Assembly (NCBI GenBank): GCA_964016885.1
Contig: OZ024743.1
Span: 64,170,001-64,234,000 of the forward strand
Source: Eledone cirrhosa
Lineage: Eukaryota
DNA: 64,000 nucleotides
Direction of reading: 5' to 3'
The notes beneath the pieces were generated by a model. It had not been told where the DNA came from. It saw only the letters and a program-made list of their open reading frames with translations, and ran no database searches. The position numbers and the translations under genes are program-made. Shown piece after piece: positions 1-12,958 of the stretch. Position 1 is the first letter of the stretch. Each line of letters opens with the position of its first letter.

Positions 1-241
1 TTCATCCTTACGGGGTCGATAAAATAAAGTACCAGTAATGTACTGGGTAATTGCTGGCCTTGTGCCTAAAGTAGAAACAATTATCTCCATATAACGTCCA
101 TGTTTCCATGCTGGCATGGGTTGGACGAATTATCCTGTTGTTAGCAACGCCAGGTCAATAAAATAAAGTACCAGTAATGCACTGGGATCGATGTAATGAC
201 TTTTCCTCTCCCCACAAATTGTTGGCCTTGTGCCTAAATTA

Positions 242-279
<38 letters not shown>

Positions 280-537
280 TTTTATTATTACTGTTATCAT
301 TATTATTATTCAACATTTCAATGATGCAGATTAGACATCAGTGTAACATTTCTGTGTGGGTAGAGTGACCAATGAGAGTATTTAGATTGCAGTATTTAGT
401 TAACTCCCTTTACATCCCTCCATGCTAAACATAAGGTTGAGAGGATTCTATATTCAGGTCATAGATACCACCTCCCTAGTGTTAATGCCATGATGTAAAA
501 CGTTCAATATACTCAGTAAATTGATTGATATTAGGGA

Positions 538-1065
538 GGGTATCCAGCCGTACAAAACTTTTCAAAGGGCTGGGAGGATTCTTCAGTTGCATCAAGGACA
601 TGACAACCTCCCTAGTGCTGGTACTATGATGTTAGAGTTAGGAAGGGTATCCAGCCATAGAATCCATACCATACAAAGGGCTGAGAGAACTCTTCAGTTG
701 CATCAAGGACATGACAACCTCCCTTGTGCTGGTGCTATGATGTTAGAGTTAGGAAGGGTATCCAGCCATAGAATCCATACCATACAAAGGGCTGAGAGAA
801 CTCTTCAGTTGCATCAAGGACATGACAACCTCCCTTGTGCTGGTGCTATGATGTTAGAGTTAGGAAGGGTATCCAGCCATAGAATCCATACCATACAAAG
901 GGCTGAGAGAACTCTTCAGTTGCATCAAGGACATGACAACCTCCCTTGTGCTGGTGTTATGATGTTAGAGTTAGGAAGGGTATCCAGCCATAGAATCCAT
1001 ACCATACAAAGGGCTGAGAGAACTCTTCAGTTGCATCAAGGACATGACAACTTCCCAAGTGCTGT
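538..1065. repeat. 111-bp tandem repeat, ~4.5 copies
   Basis: Near-perfect 111-bp units (37-aa repeat in track ORF 521-1210) containing TTAGGAAGGGTATCCAGCCATAGAA. Confidence 0.95.
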
Positions 1066-1504
1066 TGTTCTGATAAAAGACACCCAATTCCTCAATACAG
1101 TCTATAAAATAGTTTGCATTAGGAAGAGCATCCAACTGTTGAATCCTTGTCACATATTGTGTCATGCTGATTACACATGTCTGTGGAGTACTCAGCCACT
1201 TACATGTTAACTCACAAGCCAGATGTTCAGATGAAAAAATGATTGAATGATCACTGTTGAAACTGACAGAACATCTGTCAATCCTAACACTTGACTTAAC
1301 AAGATATTTTGTTGTTATTATAAACATCAACAACAAATCAGTGCCCCAGCATGGTCGTGGTTTAGTGACTGAAACTAGGAATAAGCAGCTGTTTCTAGTT
1401 TATGCCTGCAATAGTATGACACAATATTCACCACTGAGGTCAACTTTATATTTTATTCTAGTCAATAAAAGAAAACTATTTGTCAAATACTGAAGTTGAT
1501 ATCA

Positions 1505-2112
1505 TTTACTTTGCCCTCTCTAAATATTGTTGACTTTTAGGAGGATCATGTTGCCTCTTTACTTTGCCCTCTCTAAATATTGTTGACTTTTAGGAGGACC
1601 AATGTTGCCTCTTTACTTTGCCCTCTCTAAATATTGACTTTTAGGAGGATCAATGTTGCCTCTTTACTTTGCCCTCTCTAAATATTGACTTTTAGGAGGA
1701 TCATGTTGCCTCTTTACTTTGCCCTCTCTAAATATTGACTTTTAGGAGGATCATGTTGCCTCTTTACTTTGCCCTCTCTAAATATTGACTTTTAGGCGGA
1801 TCAATGTTGCCTCTTTACTTTGCCCTCTCTAAATATTGACTTTTAGGAGGATCATGTTGCCTCTTTACTTTGCCCTCTCTAAATATTGACTTTTAGGAGA
1901 TCATGTTGCCTCTTTACTTTGCCCTCTCTAAATATTGACTTTTAGGAGGATCAATGTTGCCTCTTTACTTTGCCCTCTCTAAATATTGACTTTTAGGAGA
2001 TCATGTTGCCTCTTTACTTTGCCCTCTCTAAATATTGACTTTTAGGAGATCATGTTGCCTCTTTACTTTGCCCTCTCTAAATATTGACTTTTAGGAGATC
2101 ATGTTGCCTCTC
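1505..2112. repeat. ~50-bp minisatellite, ~12 copies
   Basis: TTTACTTTGCCCTCTCTAAATATTGACTTTTAGGAGGATCATGTTGCCTC repeated with small indels. Confidence 0.95.
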
Positions 2113-2467
2113 TGTGTCTTGTCTTCATTCATACTTTGCTCCAGCTTTAGGAATAAAGATAGAATATAGTTGGAGTGAAGTAATGAATTGGTAGAGTTGT
2201 TAGAACATCAGATATAATGGTTTATGATATTTGTTCTGGTGGTGGTGGTGGTGGTGGTGGTGGTGGTGGTGGTGGTGGTGGTGGTTGTGGATGGGGTGCG
2301 GAGGGGGAGGGGGGGGTCTATCTGCTCTGAGTTCAAATTCTGCTGAGTTCAACTTTGCCTTTCATCCTCTCAAGGTTGATGAAGGGAAGTACCAATCCAC
2401 TTCTTTGGTTGATTTCATCCTCCACACACACACACACACAAACACACACTCTCTCTCTCTCTCTCTA

Positions 2468-2535
<68 letters not shown>

Positions 2536-3674
2536 TCTCCCTCACCCTCTCTCTCCTCACTTCTCTCTCTCTGGAAGAAACCAGCTTTGTTCAAACCTGG
2601 AGAGGAAATGAATTCAGCCATGTTCAAAATGCTATAAACACCCTGTACGTCACAATGCCGCTAGTATGACTCTATCAGGAGTTACAAGTCCATACATATC
2701 ATTATCATCATCGTTTTTACATCTTATATGGGTTACCTTATCATTTTTATTAATATATATATCATCATCATCATTATCATCATCACCATTTAACGTCCAT
2801 TTTTCCATGCTCTCATGGCTTGGACAAGTTATCCTGTTGTGAGCAATGCCAGGTCAGGTGACCATGTCTTGCTCCTACAGAACTGATTTTGGCTTGGTTT
2901 GTACAACTGGATGCCCTTCCTAATACCAACCACATTTACAGTGAGTACTGGATGCTTTTTGTCATGACACCTACGCAACCACTTTACAGCGTAGACTGGG
3001 TGTTTTTGCCATGTCACCATCATGACCACTTTACAGTGTGGGTTGGAGGCTTCACTAGATGTATGTTTCAGCCTGTCCTCATGGGAGCTGTATGGGAGTG
3101 TGGGGTGGGTAGTGCATACTATATATATGCTTCAGCTTCAGCCTGTGTCTGTGGAATATCTATAATAATAGTTGAATAAATCAGGTAAATCTTTTTAAAG
3201 ATTGTTATTAGAGGCTAGAGGCCTTTGGGTGTACTGGTTAAACGGGTTTATCCAGTATTCAAGAGATACATGGTTCAATTCCCTGCAGCTGTCTCTGTCC
3301 ATCATTTTCCATCATCATGGATACTTTACCTGATTCAACTATTACTTATAGATATCAACTATTAATTTAGTTATCTGCATTGTGGCAACTCTGTTTTTAA
3401 GTTATGGCAAGATCTGTTTCAACACATGATTTCGTGTCAAGAATCTTTTGAAACAAATAATACAAGAGCAAAGAAGGAGCAGAAAGGCCCCTTTAGTCCT
3501 GACTGATCATGAGATATCAGCAGGAAAGTTTCTCTCCAAAGTGCAAGCTCAGGCAAGGGAATCGAACTCACAACCTCACAATCATGAATCCAATATATAT
3601 ATATATACACACACATTTTATTAAGGCTAAATAATGAGCCTTGTTACTCTGGAGTTTCACCTGTTTATCAGAGT

Positions 3675-3724
3675 TCTTGTCTGATGACCCTGTGATAAAC
3701 AGGTGAAACTCCAGAGTAACAAGA
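3675..3724 (+). ncRNA. Type I hammerhead ribozyme motif inside fold-back 3614-3749
   Basis: Stem I TCTTGT/ACAAGA, core CTGATGA, stem II CCTG/CAGG, GAAA, stem III ACTC-CA-GAGT, predicted GUA cleavage after 3718. Confidence 0.8.
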
Positions 3725-3796
3725 CTCCCTATTTAGCCTTAATAAAATGAATATTAAAACTCTACTATACATACATATATATATTTATATTATATA

Positions 3797-4743
3797 TACC
3801 TGGGTGATAAAATCAGCAGTGGGGGAGGGTGCTCTGAAAGTACAGTAGCTAGAGTCAGAACTGGTTGGAAAAAGTTCAGAGAGCTTATACCACTATTAGC
3901 TGCTAAAGGGTTCTCCCTAAAAATGAAAGGCAGGTTGTACGATGACTGCATACGAACAGCAATGTTGCATGGCAGTGAGACCTGGGCATTGTGTGCAGAG
4001 GATATACGCAGACTAGAGAGGAACGAAGCTTGCATGCTCCGCTGGATGTGTAACAGTAATATACATGAACGGCAAAGCATAAACGAACTAAGGAAAAAAT
4101 TAGAAATAAGAGGGATCAGATGTTGTTTACTCGAGAGAAGGCTACGTTGGTATGGACACGTGATGCGCATGAAAGTCGATAGCTGTATAACAAAGTGCAG
4201 GGCAATAAAGATAGACGGTAGCCACGGAATAGGCAGACCTAGAAAAACCTGGGACGAGCTGATAAACTCCGACCTCACACACTTACACCTCTCCAAGACA
4301 ATGTCACTGGACCGAGACCTTTGGCGGTACTCAGTAACAGAGAAGACCCGCCTTACCTAAATACATAGTAAAACCTACTACAGCCAGTAGGTATCTCTAA
4401 CAAAATCCCCCCCCCCCCCATCCACACCACCCCGTTCTATGTAAAGTTATGTTGGTGCCACACCATCCAGGCCGAAACAAATGAGATCGTGTAGGTGTCA
4501 CGACAAAAAAACACACAGTCCACGCTGTAATGTGGCCGTGTAGGCAACACGGTAAAAACCTCCCAGACCCACACTGTAAATGTGGTTGGTGTTAGGAAGG
4601 GCATCCAACTGTAGAAAACCTGCCAGACAGTCCTATGCGAGCAAGACAATCACTCTTGCCTCAAGTGGGACTACCCCCGTCCAAACCCATGCAAGCGTGG
4701 AACACGGACGTTAAACGTTGATGATGATGATGATGATGATGAT
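3797..4743 (+). mobile_element. RTE-clade LINE, 5'-truncated (RT C-terminus + 3' UTR + (GAT)n tail)
   Basis: YLGDKI...ARVRTGWKKFREL...LHGSETW...RLRWYGHVMRM...GRPRKTW; 3' (GAT)n; starts and ends in (TA)n. Confidence 0.9.
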
Positions 4744-4996
4744 ATATATATATATATATATAGGAATGACTTCTAGAACTGTTTTATCCTTCATAAGAAA
4801 TCATCAGGACTTTCCTGATGATTTCTTACAAATGAAACAGTCCTGTAGAAGTCATATCTATAAGAAAATGAATATATCTATACTCTACTAATGTATTGAG
4901 TACCTCTTTTGACAGTGAATACCTCCTGATTCACTTTGGAATCCTAGATATTATAGATTTATAGATAGATAGATAGATGGGTAGGTAGAAATATAA

Positions 4997-5064
<68 letters not shown>

Positions 5065-6829
5065 GTAGGTAGAAATATAAATAGATAGATAGATTGATAG
5101 ATAGATAAATATAAATAGATAGATAGATAGATAGATTCTAAGCATAAGTAAACGATGAGTGTTCTGTAAGAACTACATATCCTTGCAGGAGTTCCTTCCT
5201 TGCTTCCTAACATAAAATCTCTTCCAGGTGACATCTTTACACTTTATTTATTTGTTTATCTATTTCCCTCCTGCAGTTTTTTTAAAAGAAACCCCTCATT
5301 ATTGTCAATGCTGTAGGTCTGCTTGACGTAATACTTTTCCTCTGTATTTGGCTCCAAGCGTGTTAGCTTAAACTTCAGTCAATCCCTTATTCTCTCCCCA
5401 ATCTTTACCACAGCACCCCACCTCACCCTACTAATGGTTATATTTACCAGAATGATTCTATTTCCTCTCAAAGGAAGGAGTGTATGTTTGCAATTTTAGC
5501 TGATTTCTCATATCAAAGCAATGCACACTCATCACTCCTGGTTCCTCAATGAAATGCACCAGTACAGACTCTAAGGTGGTGTTGCTGGTGCCATGATATA
5601 ATGCACTTACTACACATTGTAAAGTGATAATGTTGGTGCCACAGTGAGATGCACCCACTATACCCTGTAAAACAGTAGTGCTGGTACCCTGACATCATAC
5701 TCCCAGTACATTCTGTAAAGTGGTAGTGAAAATTCCACAATGAAATCCACCCAGTACATCTTGTAAACTCTGTAAAATCGTAGTGCTGGTGCCATGTTCT
5801 ATGCCCAGTACATTCTGTGTGGTGCCACAATGACATCCACTCACTACACTCTATAAAGTGGTAATGTGGAGACACTGTGATATACACCCTGTACACTCTG
5901 TAAAATGGTAATGTCTCATAATTTAGTGGTTTGATAAATAAAAAATATACAGAAAGTGAAATTGCTAAAATAAGTACTAAACTTGAAAAGAAAAAAGCAC
6001 TGGGTTGATGTGATTGATTTAAATCCCTTTAAAGTCAAGCCCCACTATAGCCAGTCTGATAGGAGAGCCAAGTTTCAGCTGGTCTCTTATGAAGTCGTAT
6101 CTCATAGGAGGTTTCTGAGATGTTTTAATGATTGAGTCTCCAGAATTGTTACAGCTCACACCTATGTAAGTTTAGCTTGTCTCTTACAAAGTTGTATCTC
6201 ATAGGAAGGTTTCCCAGGTGATTTAATGATAGGGTCTCCAGTGTTGTGATGGTACAGCTCACACATAAGCTGGTTTAATCAGACATATGAGTTTGTAATA
6301 AGAGGTTTATCAGGTGTTTTAATAATGGGTTACAGTCCTATCATAAAAAGCAACATGAAATGAAGCCTCTTGCTCATATACACAAGATGCTGCCTAGCCT
6401 AGGAATTGAAACCATGACCTTATGATTGTAAGCCCATTACCCTAACCAATAGGTCACAGGGTTGTATCAATAGGGTTAAATTGACATGTAAATGGTTGAG
6501 TATTTCCAAAACACATGTTCCCTCAATATAATTCTCAAGTAAATGGAACATCAAACAGTGTGTGATAAGGGTAGATCCTTCATATTACATGTTCCAGCCG
6601 ACAAACTGAGGCCATGCTGGGGCACCGACATTGGTAAAGTCCATCTGACTTTTAATGACAGGGAGGAAAGAAAGAATCGCTGAACAGATTTTATGGGCAA
6701 AACCAACTGGGAAGAGACCCAGGGGTAGACCCTCAGCAAGATGGTTGGATAACATTCATGAACTTGGCTGGGTTTTACTGGGGATCCAGCTAGATCAGTT
6801 GGAGACAGTTGCTTCTGACAGGACCTGCT

Positions 6830-6980
6830 GAAGAAGAAGAAGGAGAAGGAGAAGAAGAAGAAGAAGAAGAAGAAGAAGAAGAAGAAGAAGAAGAAGAAGA
6901 AGAAAAAGAAGAAGAAGAAGAAGAAGAAGAAGAAGAAGAAGAAGAAGAAGAAGAAGAAGAAGAAGAAGAAAAAGAAGAAG
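6830..6980. repeat. (GAA)n microsatellite
   Basis: ~50 GAA units with few interruptions. Confidence 0.97.
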
Positions 6981-8136
6981 CAGCAGCAGCAGCTCCAACC
7001 CTGACACAAAAATAAATGTGAAATATATTGTCTTGTTCAAAATCACAAAGAACTTCCCTATCAAGGCCCCAAACCCACAAACTTGTGCTTGTAGGGGCAA
7101 CATCCTACCACTAGAACATATGTTTTCGTCATTTAAAGAATAGATTTTATGAATGGGGTTTACAGTAATTAAATTGGTATTTTTTTAAAGTGATACTGAA
7201 GCTATCATATGTCACATAACTTGGGTTTGCTTTGTGTTGACGGATATATTTAAAACACAATGTGGTTTGGGTCATGTCAGCTGAAGGTCAATTATGGCTC
7301 TTGACTCTTATTGTATTGTGTGAGAACATTGGCTGGTGGTGGTGTTAGGTGGCACATACTAACACATACACATACATGTACATAAAAAGCACACGTGTTC
7401 ACATACACACACTCAAACATAGACACAAACCCATGTGCACCCCACCCCATACACACACGTGTGTGTGCGTGTATGTGTGTGTGCTCATATACATATGCAT
7501 CTATCTCATGCTCAGGTCACGGACAGAATACATATATATGTGTGTGTGTATGCATATAAATATCTATGTACATGTATATATAAATATATATATATAAATA
7601 TATATAGTATGTAGATAAATCTACCAAAAGTTTACGGTAGTGTCCAATCCGTATGAAGAACTCAATGTAATCTGGATATCATGGAAAGAAGAGATGCATT
7701 CAAAAATCACTTTCGGTGAAAGATAAACGGAATACAGAGTCAAGATAAAATATTAAAAAAATAATGAATAAAACAAAGAAACAGTTCCTTATATTAAACA
7801 AAAAAGTTCATTATTTTACGATCGTTTCTAGGACATATATGTGTTAGAATTGGCATGCATATTCAAAAGATCTATGTACAAAATTATACAAACTATCAAG
7901 GAGAATATACATACCATCACATATATATATATGCTGTCTTCTGATCAGAGCAAACAACACGGACACTCTATCTCAAAATTATTTTTGAAAAACATTTAGA
8001 AATGCGCAACCGGTAAAAACTTAAAAACATAAAACCACAACTGAATACTAACCCATACAATTACTAATACTCTTTTATTCCTAATTAAACCATTTTTCAA
8101 CTGTGAACAATTTGTCAGCATTTTCTATTCCGTTTA

Positions 8137-8190
<54 letters not shown>

Positions 8191-8428
8191 TATTAAGTTG
8201 TTAAACAATATTCGATGATTATGTCAAAGAATGAGTTTTACAGTAGATTGGAAGCACTCAACGGCAAAAATAATTTTCAGGAGTTATTAATATTAAAATA
8301 TAAGTATTAATAAAATAGATGTTCTTTTGATCAATTACATTTTATTATACATATTTCGGATGTACAACAGTACGTCCTCATCAGACAAAATATAATGATA
8401 CATGACATACCCTGATATGTCATGTAAC

Positions 8429-8491
8429 ATTATATTTTGTCTGATGAGGACGTACTGTTGTACATCCGAAATATGTATAATAAAATGTAAT
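8429..8491 (+). ncRNA. Minimal type I hammerhead ribozyme (identical copy on - strand at ~8335-8397)
   Basis: 12-bp stem I ATTATATTTTGT/ATAAAATGTAAT (2 G-U pairs), CTGATGA, stem II GGAcGTAC-tgtt-GTACaTCC, GAAA, near-palindromic loop III, AUA cleavage after 8479. Confidence 0.85.
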
Positions 8492-8509
8492 TGATCAAAA
8501 GAACATCTA

Positions 8510-8559
<50 letters not shown>

Positions 8560-9547
8560 TATACACACACACATACATATCTTGGTCAGCCTATGAACTT
8601 TTCAGCTAACCCTCGTCCTCATGTGAGTTTATATATTATATATACTCAACGAGGGTCAGCTGAAAGGTTCATAGGCTGACCAAATATGTATGTGTGCATA
8701 TATATATAGCATGGAAAAATGGACGTTAAACGGTGATGATGATGATATATATATATATACATAAAAGTACATAACTCACTGTTTTGTGTACAAAGATAGA
8801 TATATCAATAGATAATTGTTTCTACTATTGGCACAAGGCTAGCAATTACCCAGTACATTACTGGTACTTTATTTTATCGACCCAGTAAAGATAAAAGGCA
8901 AAGTTAACATTGATTTGGGGTATGAATAAAAGCATTTTAGAGCATTTGCCCTTTCCTTCACCCATTTGTGTTTCCTGATTTCTAAATAATAACTTTAGAA
9001 CTTTATATGTTTGTGTCACAGGCAGACAAGAAGGCTGTACAATTATTATTATATATGTTTTGCAGCATAGAGTTATGGCCCTTTACATTCTGAATTCTAT
9101 TCCTATAACTTTGCCTTTCATCCTTTTGGGGTCGATAAAATAAAGTACCAATAAGCATTGGGATCAATTTGATCGACTTTCTCTTCCCCTTCAAATTGCT
9201 GGCCTTGTGCAAAAATTAGAAGCAATTATATATATATATAAAGCTGACAGTTGATTTGTCAGAGCTGTTAGACAGTTAGGTTCTATGTTTGAATTCTACT
9301 GAAGTCCTCTTTGCTTTTCATCTTTTTGGGGGATTGATAAAGAAAGTATCAGCCAAGTGGTGGTGGAGCCCCCTCTCTCCTTCCAGCTGTTACATCCTGG
9401 ATATTTCAATGGATCAAAGATGATAGTATTGAGAAGGTGTCTACATGTGACGACAGGGTCACCTAAAAAAAAACCTTTGCAAAAGCATTGTACTTAAAAC
9501 CAAATCATACTCAATGATGTGTGATGGCTGTTGTAGTAGTGGTAATA

Positions 9548-9866
9548 CAGTGGAACTTCGGTTCATGAATGCCTGGATCATGGACAATTGTTCCAAACAT
9601 TAAACATCTCGGTTGACAAATGGTGTCTCAAGTAACAAACACACAAACCAATAACAACTGTTGGCAACAAGCTGGGAGTATTGGCAAGGCAGCATCACTT
9701 GCTGTGTGGTTAGTTAATATGGTGATATCTATCTGCCTTTCACACACAGACTCTCTCTCTCTCTCTCTCAACATTTTGTATGGGGGAAATAGTTTCTGTT
9801 TATAAACATTTTGAGTCACAAATGGTCTTCAGGAATGAATTAAGTTCATGATCCGAGGTTCCACTG
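9548..9866. mobile_element. pogo/Tigger-type MITE
   Basis: 22-bp TIRs CAGTGGAACtTCGGtTCATGAA (2 mismatches) with TA duplication on both sides. Confidence 0.85.
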
Positions 9867-10153
9867 TATATATATATAAGGCAGGATCATTAGAGTGTCA
9901 AAACTTCACCTAGAATGCTTTGTATTGTTTGTTTTAGCTCTCTACATTCTGAGTTCACATACCACCAAGGTCAACATTGACTTTCATCCTTTCAGAGTTG
10001 ATAAATATAGCAGCAGTAGCAGTCATATACTGGAGTCAATTCTTCCTCTATCAGCACCACCACCATCATTATTATCATCATCATCATTATCACCACCACC
10101 ATCATTGTCATCATCATCACCATCTTCATCACCACAATCATCACAATCATTGC

Positions 10154-10185
<32 letters not shown>

Positions 10186-10659
10186 CCACCATTACCATCA
10201 TCACCACAATCAGCATGACCATGACCATGATGGTCATCATCACTGCCACCACCACCACAATCATCATCATCATCATCCTCATCATCCTTATCATTGCCAC
10301 CACCACCATCATAATCAAGATCACCATCATCATCATCATCATCATCATCATCACTTGATCCTTACCTTTGTCATTTTCTTTGAGAGGTTCATTTCTTGAG
10401 GTCAGCTCTCACCACTTCTGCCCACATCTTTCTTGGTCTTCCTCTTCCTCATCTTCCTTCCATTTGCCACTTCTGGCACTTCCTGTACTTCTTCATGGAT
10501 TACATGTCTGTATCAGCACAACCTTCCTTCTAGATCAGTGGTTCTTAATCTTTTTCTATCACGATAATACTTGAGATTATGAAATTCCAACCCCTACCCC
10601 TAGGTCTAGCACAAAAGACAAAAGGACTTGAATTTTCAGGTCAAATTAACAGCTACTTA

Positions 10660-11440
10660 GCTGCTACTTCTCTTCTTCTTAGCCTACTTATTCCTGAGAG
10701 GGTCGTGGGGGCAGAGTCCTCAAACACTCCTTCAAGTTGGTCCTGACAGAAGCAACTGCTTCTAACCAGTCCAGCTGGATCTGTGAGATCAGCCAAGTTC
10801 ATGGATGTTATCCAAACAACTTGCTCAGAGTCTTCCCCTGGGTCTCTTGCTGGTTGGTTTTGCCTGTAAAATCTGTCCTGTGATTCTTTTGTGAGACATT
10901 CTAACCACATGCCTATAATATCGGCACTGTGATCTCTCAATTAGGAGAAGTAGCAGCTCTACCTAGAGTGACTCTCTGATCCCCAAGCTACACACTCTAT
11001 TGAGTAACATTACTCTACAGACCCTTTGGAGGAACCCCCATTTCAGCCACTTGTATTTGTGGTCATATTTTTTCGGTCATACCCAAGATTCATGACCATA
11101 AGTAAGGGTTGACAGGAATACCGAGTTGAAGATAGCGAGTTTGGCTTTTACGCCTACCCCCCTTCTTCTAATTACTGAATGGTGAAACTGGCGCATTACT
11201 ACACCAGCTCTTGCAGTTCTTGCACTTAATTCAGTCTCCTGCCTTCCACCCCTGGTGAACACAGCTTTGAGATATTTGAACTTCTCTACCTGTTTCAGTG
11301 GAACTCAATTCATATGTAGAGTACACTGCACAGGCTTCCTTGAGAGGACAAGTGTCTCAGTTTAGCAGCAGTGATTCTCATTCCAGCAATGCAGCATTTG
11401 ACATCAAACCTATCGAGTGCAAGTCAGAGATCACCTTCTG
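10660..11440 (-). mobile_element. Second RTE family, decayed 3' fragment with (GAA) tail (related pieces ~6640-6830 and ~29770-30060)
   Basis: EKFKYL...KAKLAIFNSVFLSTLTYGHESWV on - strand; shared tail CCCCCACGACCCTCTCAGGAATA...GAAGAAG. Confidence 0.75.
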
Positions 11441-12049
11441 TTGGGTGGTTATTATAAGATGTTTAGACTTATCTAAAATCCTTCCATCAAAATTCAAAAA
11501 TGAGAAAGTTATATTACAAAATCACCTCAAATTCTTGATTTTCGAAATTATTGGAAAATCATAGGTGCCAGAGTAACAATAATATGCTCTTAGTATATGC
11601 TGCAAAATGGTTGGTGATAGGAAGAGCATCCAAGTGTAGAAACCAAGCCCAAAATGAAGCGTATGAGCAAGACGTAGTCACCTGACCAGTCTAAACTTAA
11701 TGCATGGTAACCTTGACTTTTGGAAACAATTTTTTCATGTTCAATGTTGCTGAAGCATGGAACTAATTGCATCAGTTGTTAGCTGTCGGGACACTGCATC
11801 CTTAAAAACTTCCATGCTTCCTGAAGTTCACCAACACTACACCTGATATTCCCCCACCATACACACACACATATATATGTGTGTGTGTGGTGTGTGAGTG
11901 TTTGTGTGTGTGGTGTGTGGTGTGTTTGTGTGTTTGTATATCAAGACTCATACACTGTTCACATTCCTGACTTTTGTACATTATTCTATATACTATACAT
12001 GCACTTTTGTTAAGTTGAAGTGCATCTGAGCACTGTACATAATAATTTC

Positions 12050-12958
12050 CTGAGGTTAACTTTACCTTTCATCCTTACGGGGTCGATAAAATAAAGTACC
12101 AGTCATGCACTGGGTAATTGCTGGCCTTGTGCAAAACGTAGAAACAATTATTATTATTATTATTATTTGGTGGATTGGCATTATCGGTAGAGGGTCGGAC
12201 ACCATGCTTTGCAGCATAGAATCGGACACCATGCTTTGCAGCCCTTTATAGTCTGAGTTCAAATCCCGCCGAGGTTAACTTTGCCTTTCATCCTTATGGG
12301 GTCGATAAAATAAAGTACCAGTAATGCACTGGGTAATTGCTGGTCTTGTGCAAAACGTAGAAACAATTATTATTATTATTATTATTTAGTGGATTGGCAG
12401 TATCAGTAGAGGGTCGGACACCATGCTTTGCAGCCCTTTATAGTCTGAGTTCAAATCCCGCCGAGGTTAACTTTGCCTTTCATCCTTATGGGGTCGATAA
12501 AATAAAGTACCAGTAATGCACTGGGTAATTGCTGGTCTTGTGCAAAACGTAGAAACAATTATTATTATTATTATTATTTAGTGGATTGGCAGTATCAGTA
12601 GAGGGTCGGACACCATGCTTTGCAGCCCTTTATAGTCTGAGTTCAAATCCCGCCGAGGTTAACTTTGCCTTTCATCCTTATGGGGTCGATAAAATAAAGT
12701 ACCAGTAATGCACTGGGTAATTGCTGGTCTTGTGCAAAACGTAGAAACAATTATTATTATTATTATTATTTAGTGGATTGGCAGTATCAGTAGAGGGTCG
12801 GACACCATGCTTTGCAGCCCTTTATAGTCTGAGTTCAAATCCCGCCGAGGTTAACTTTGCCTTTCATCCTTATGGCGTCGATAAAATAAAGTTCCAGTAA
12901 TGTACTGAGTAATTGCTGGTCTTGTGCCAAAAGTAGAAACAGTTATTATTATTATTAT
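12050..12958 (+). mobile_element. Head-to-tail array of ~5 tRNA-SINE units (~180 bp, Meta-domain-like core)
   Basis: Unit: A-box-like TGGCAGTATC(A/G)G, B-box GAGTTCAAATCCC, core GCCTTTCATCCTT..GGGGTCGATAAAATAAAGTACCAG, (ATT)n tail. Confidence 0.85.

Noticed and set aside
521-1210. 229-aa ORF with 37-aa repeats
   Set aside because: Translation of a 111-bp tandem repeat containing an RTE-tail motif; TTG start and no domain.
9895-10399. Poly-His/Ser/Met ORFs (also 2231, 6551-7103, 30279-30918, 39670-40175, 54396-54658)
   Set aside because: Microsatellite translations with no splice or domain support.
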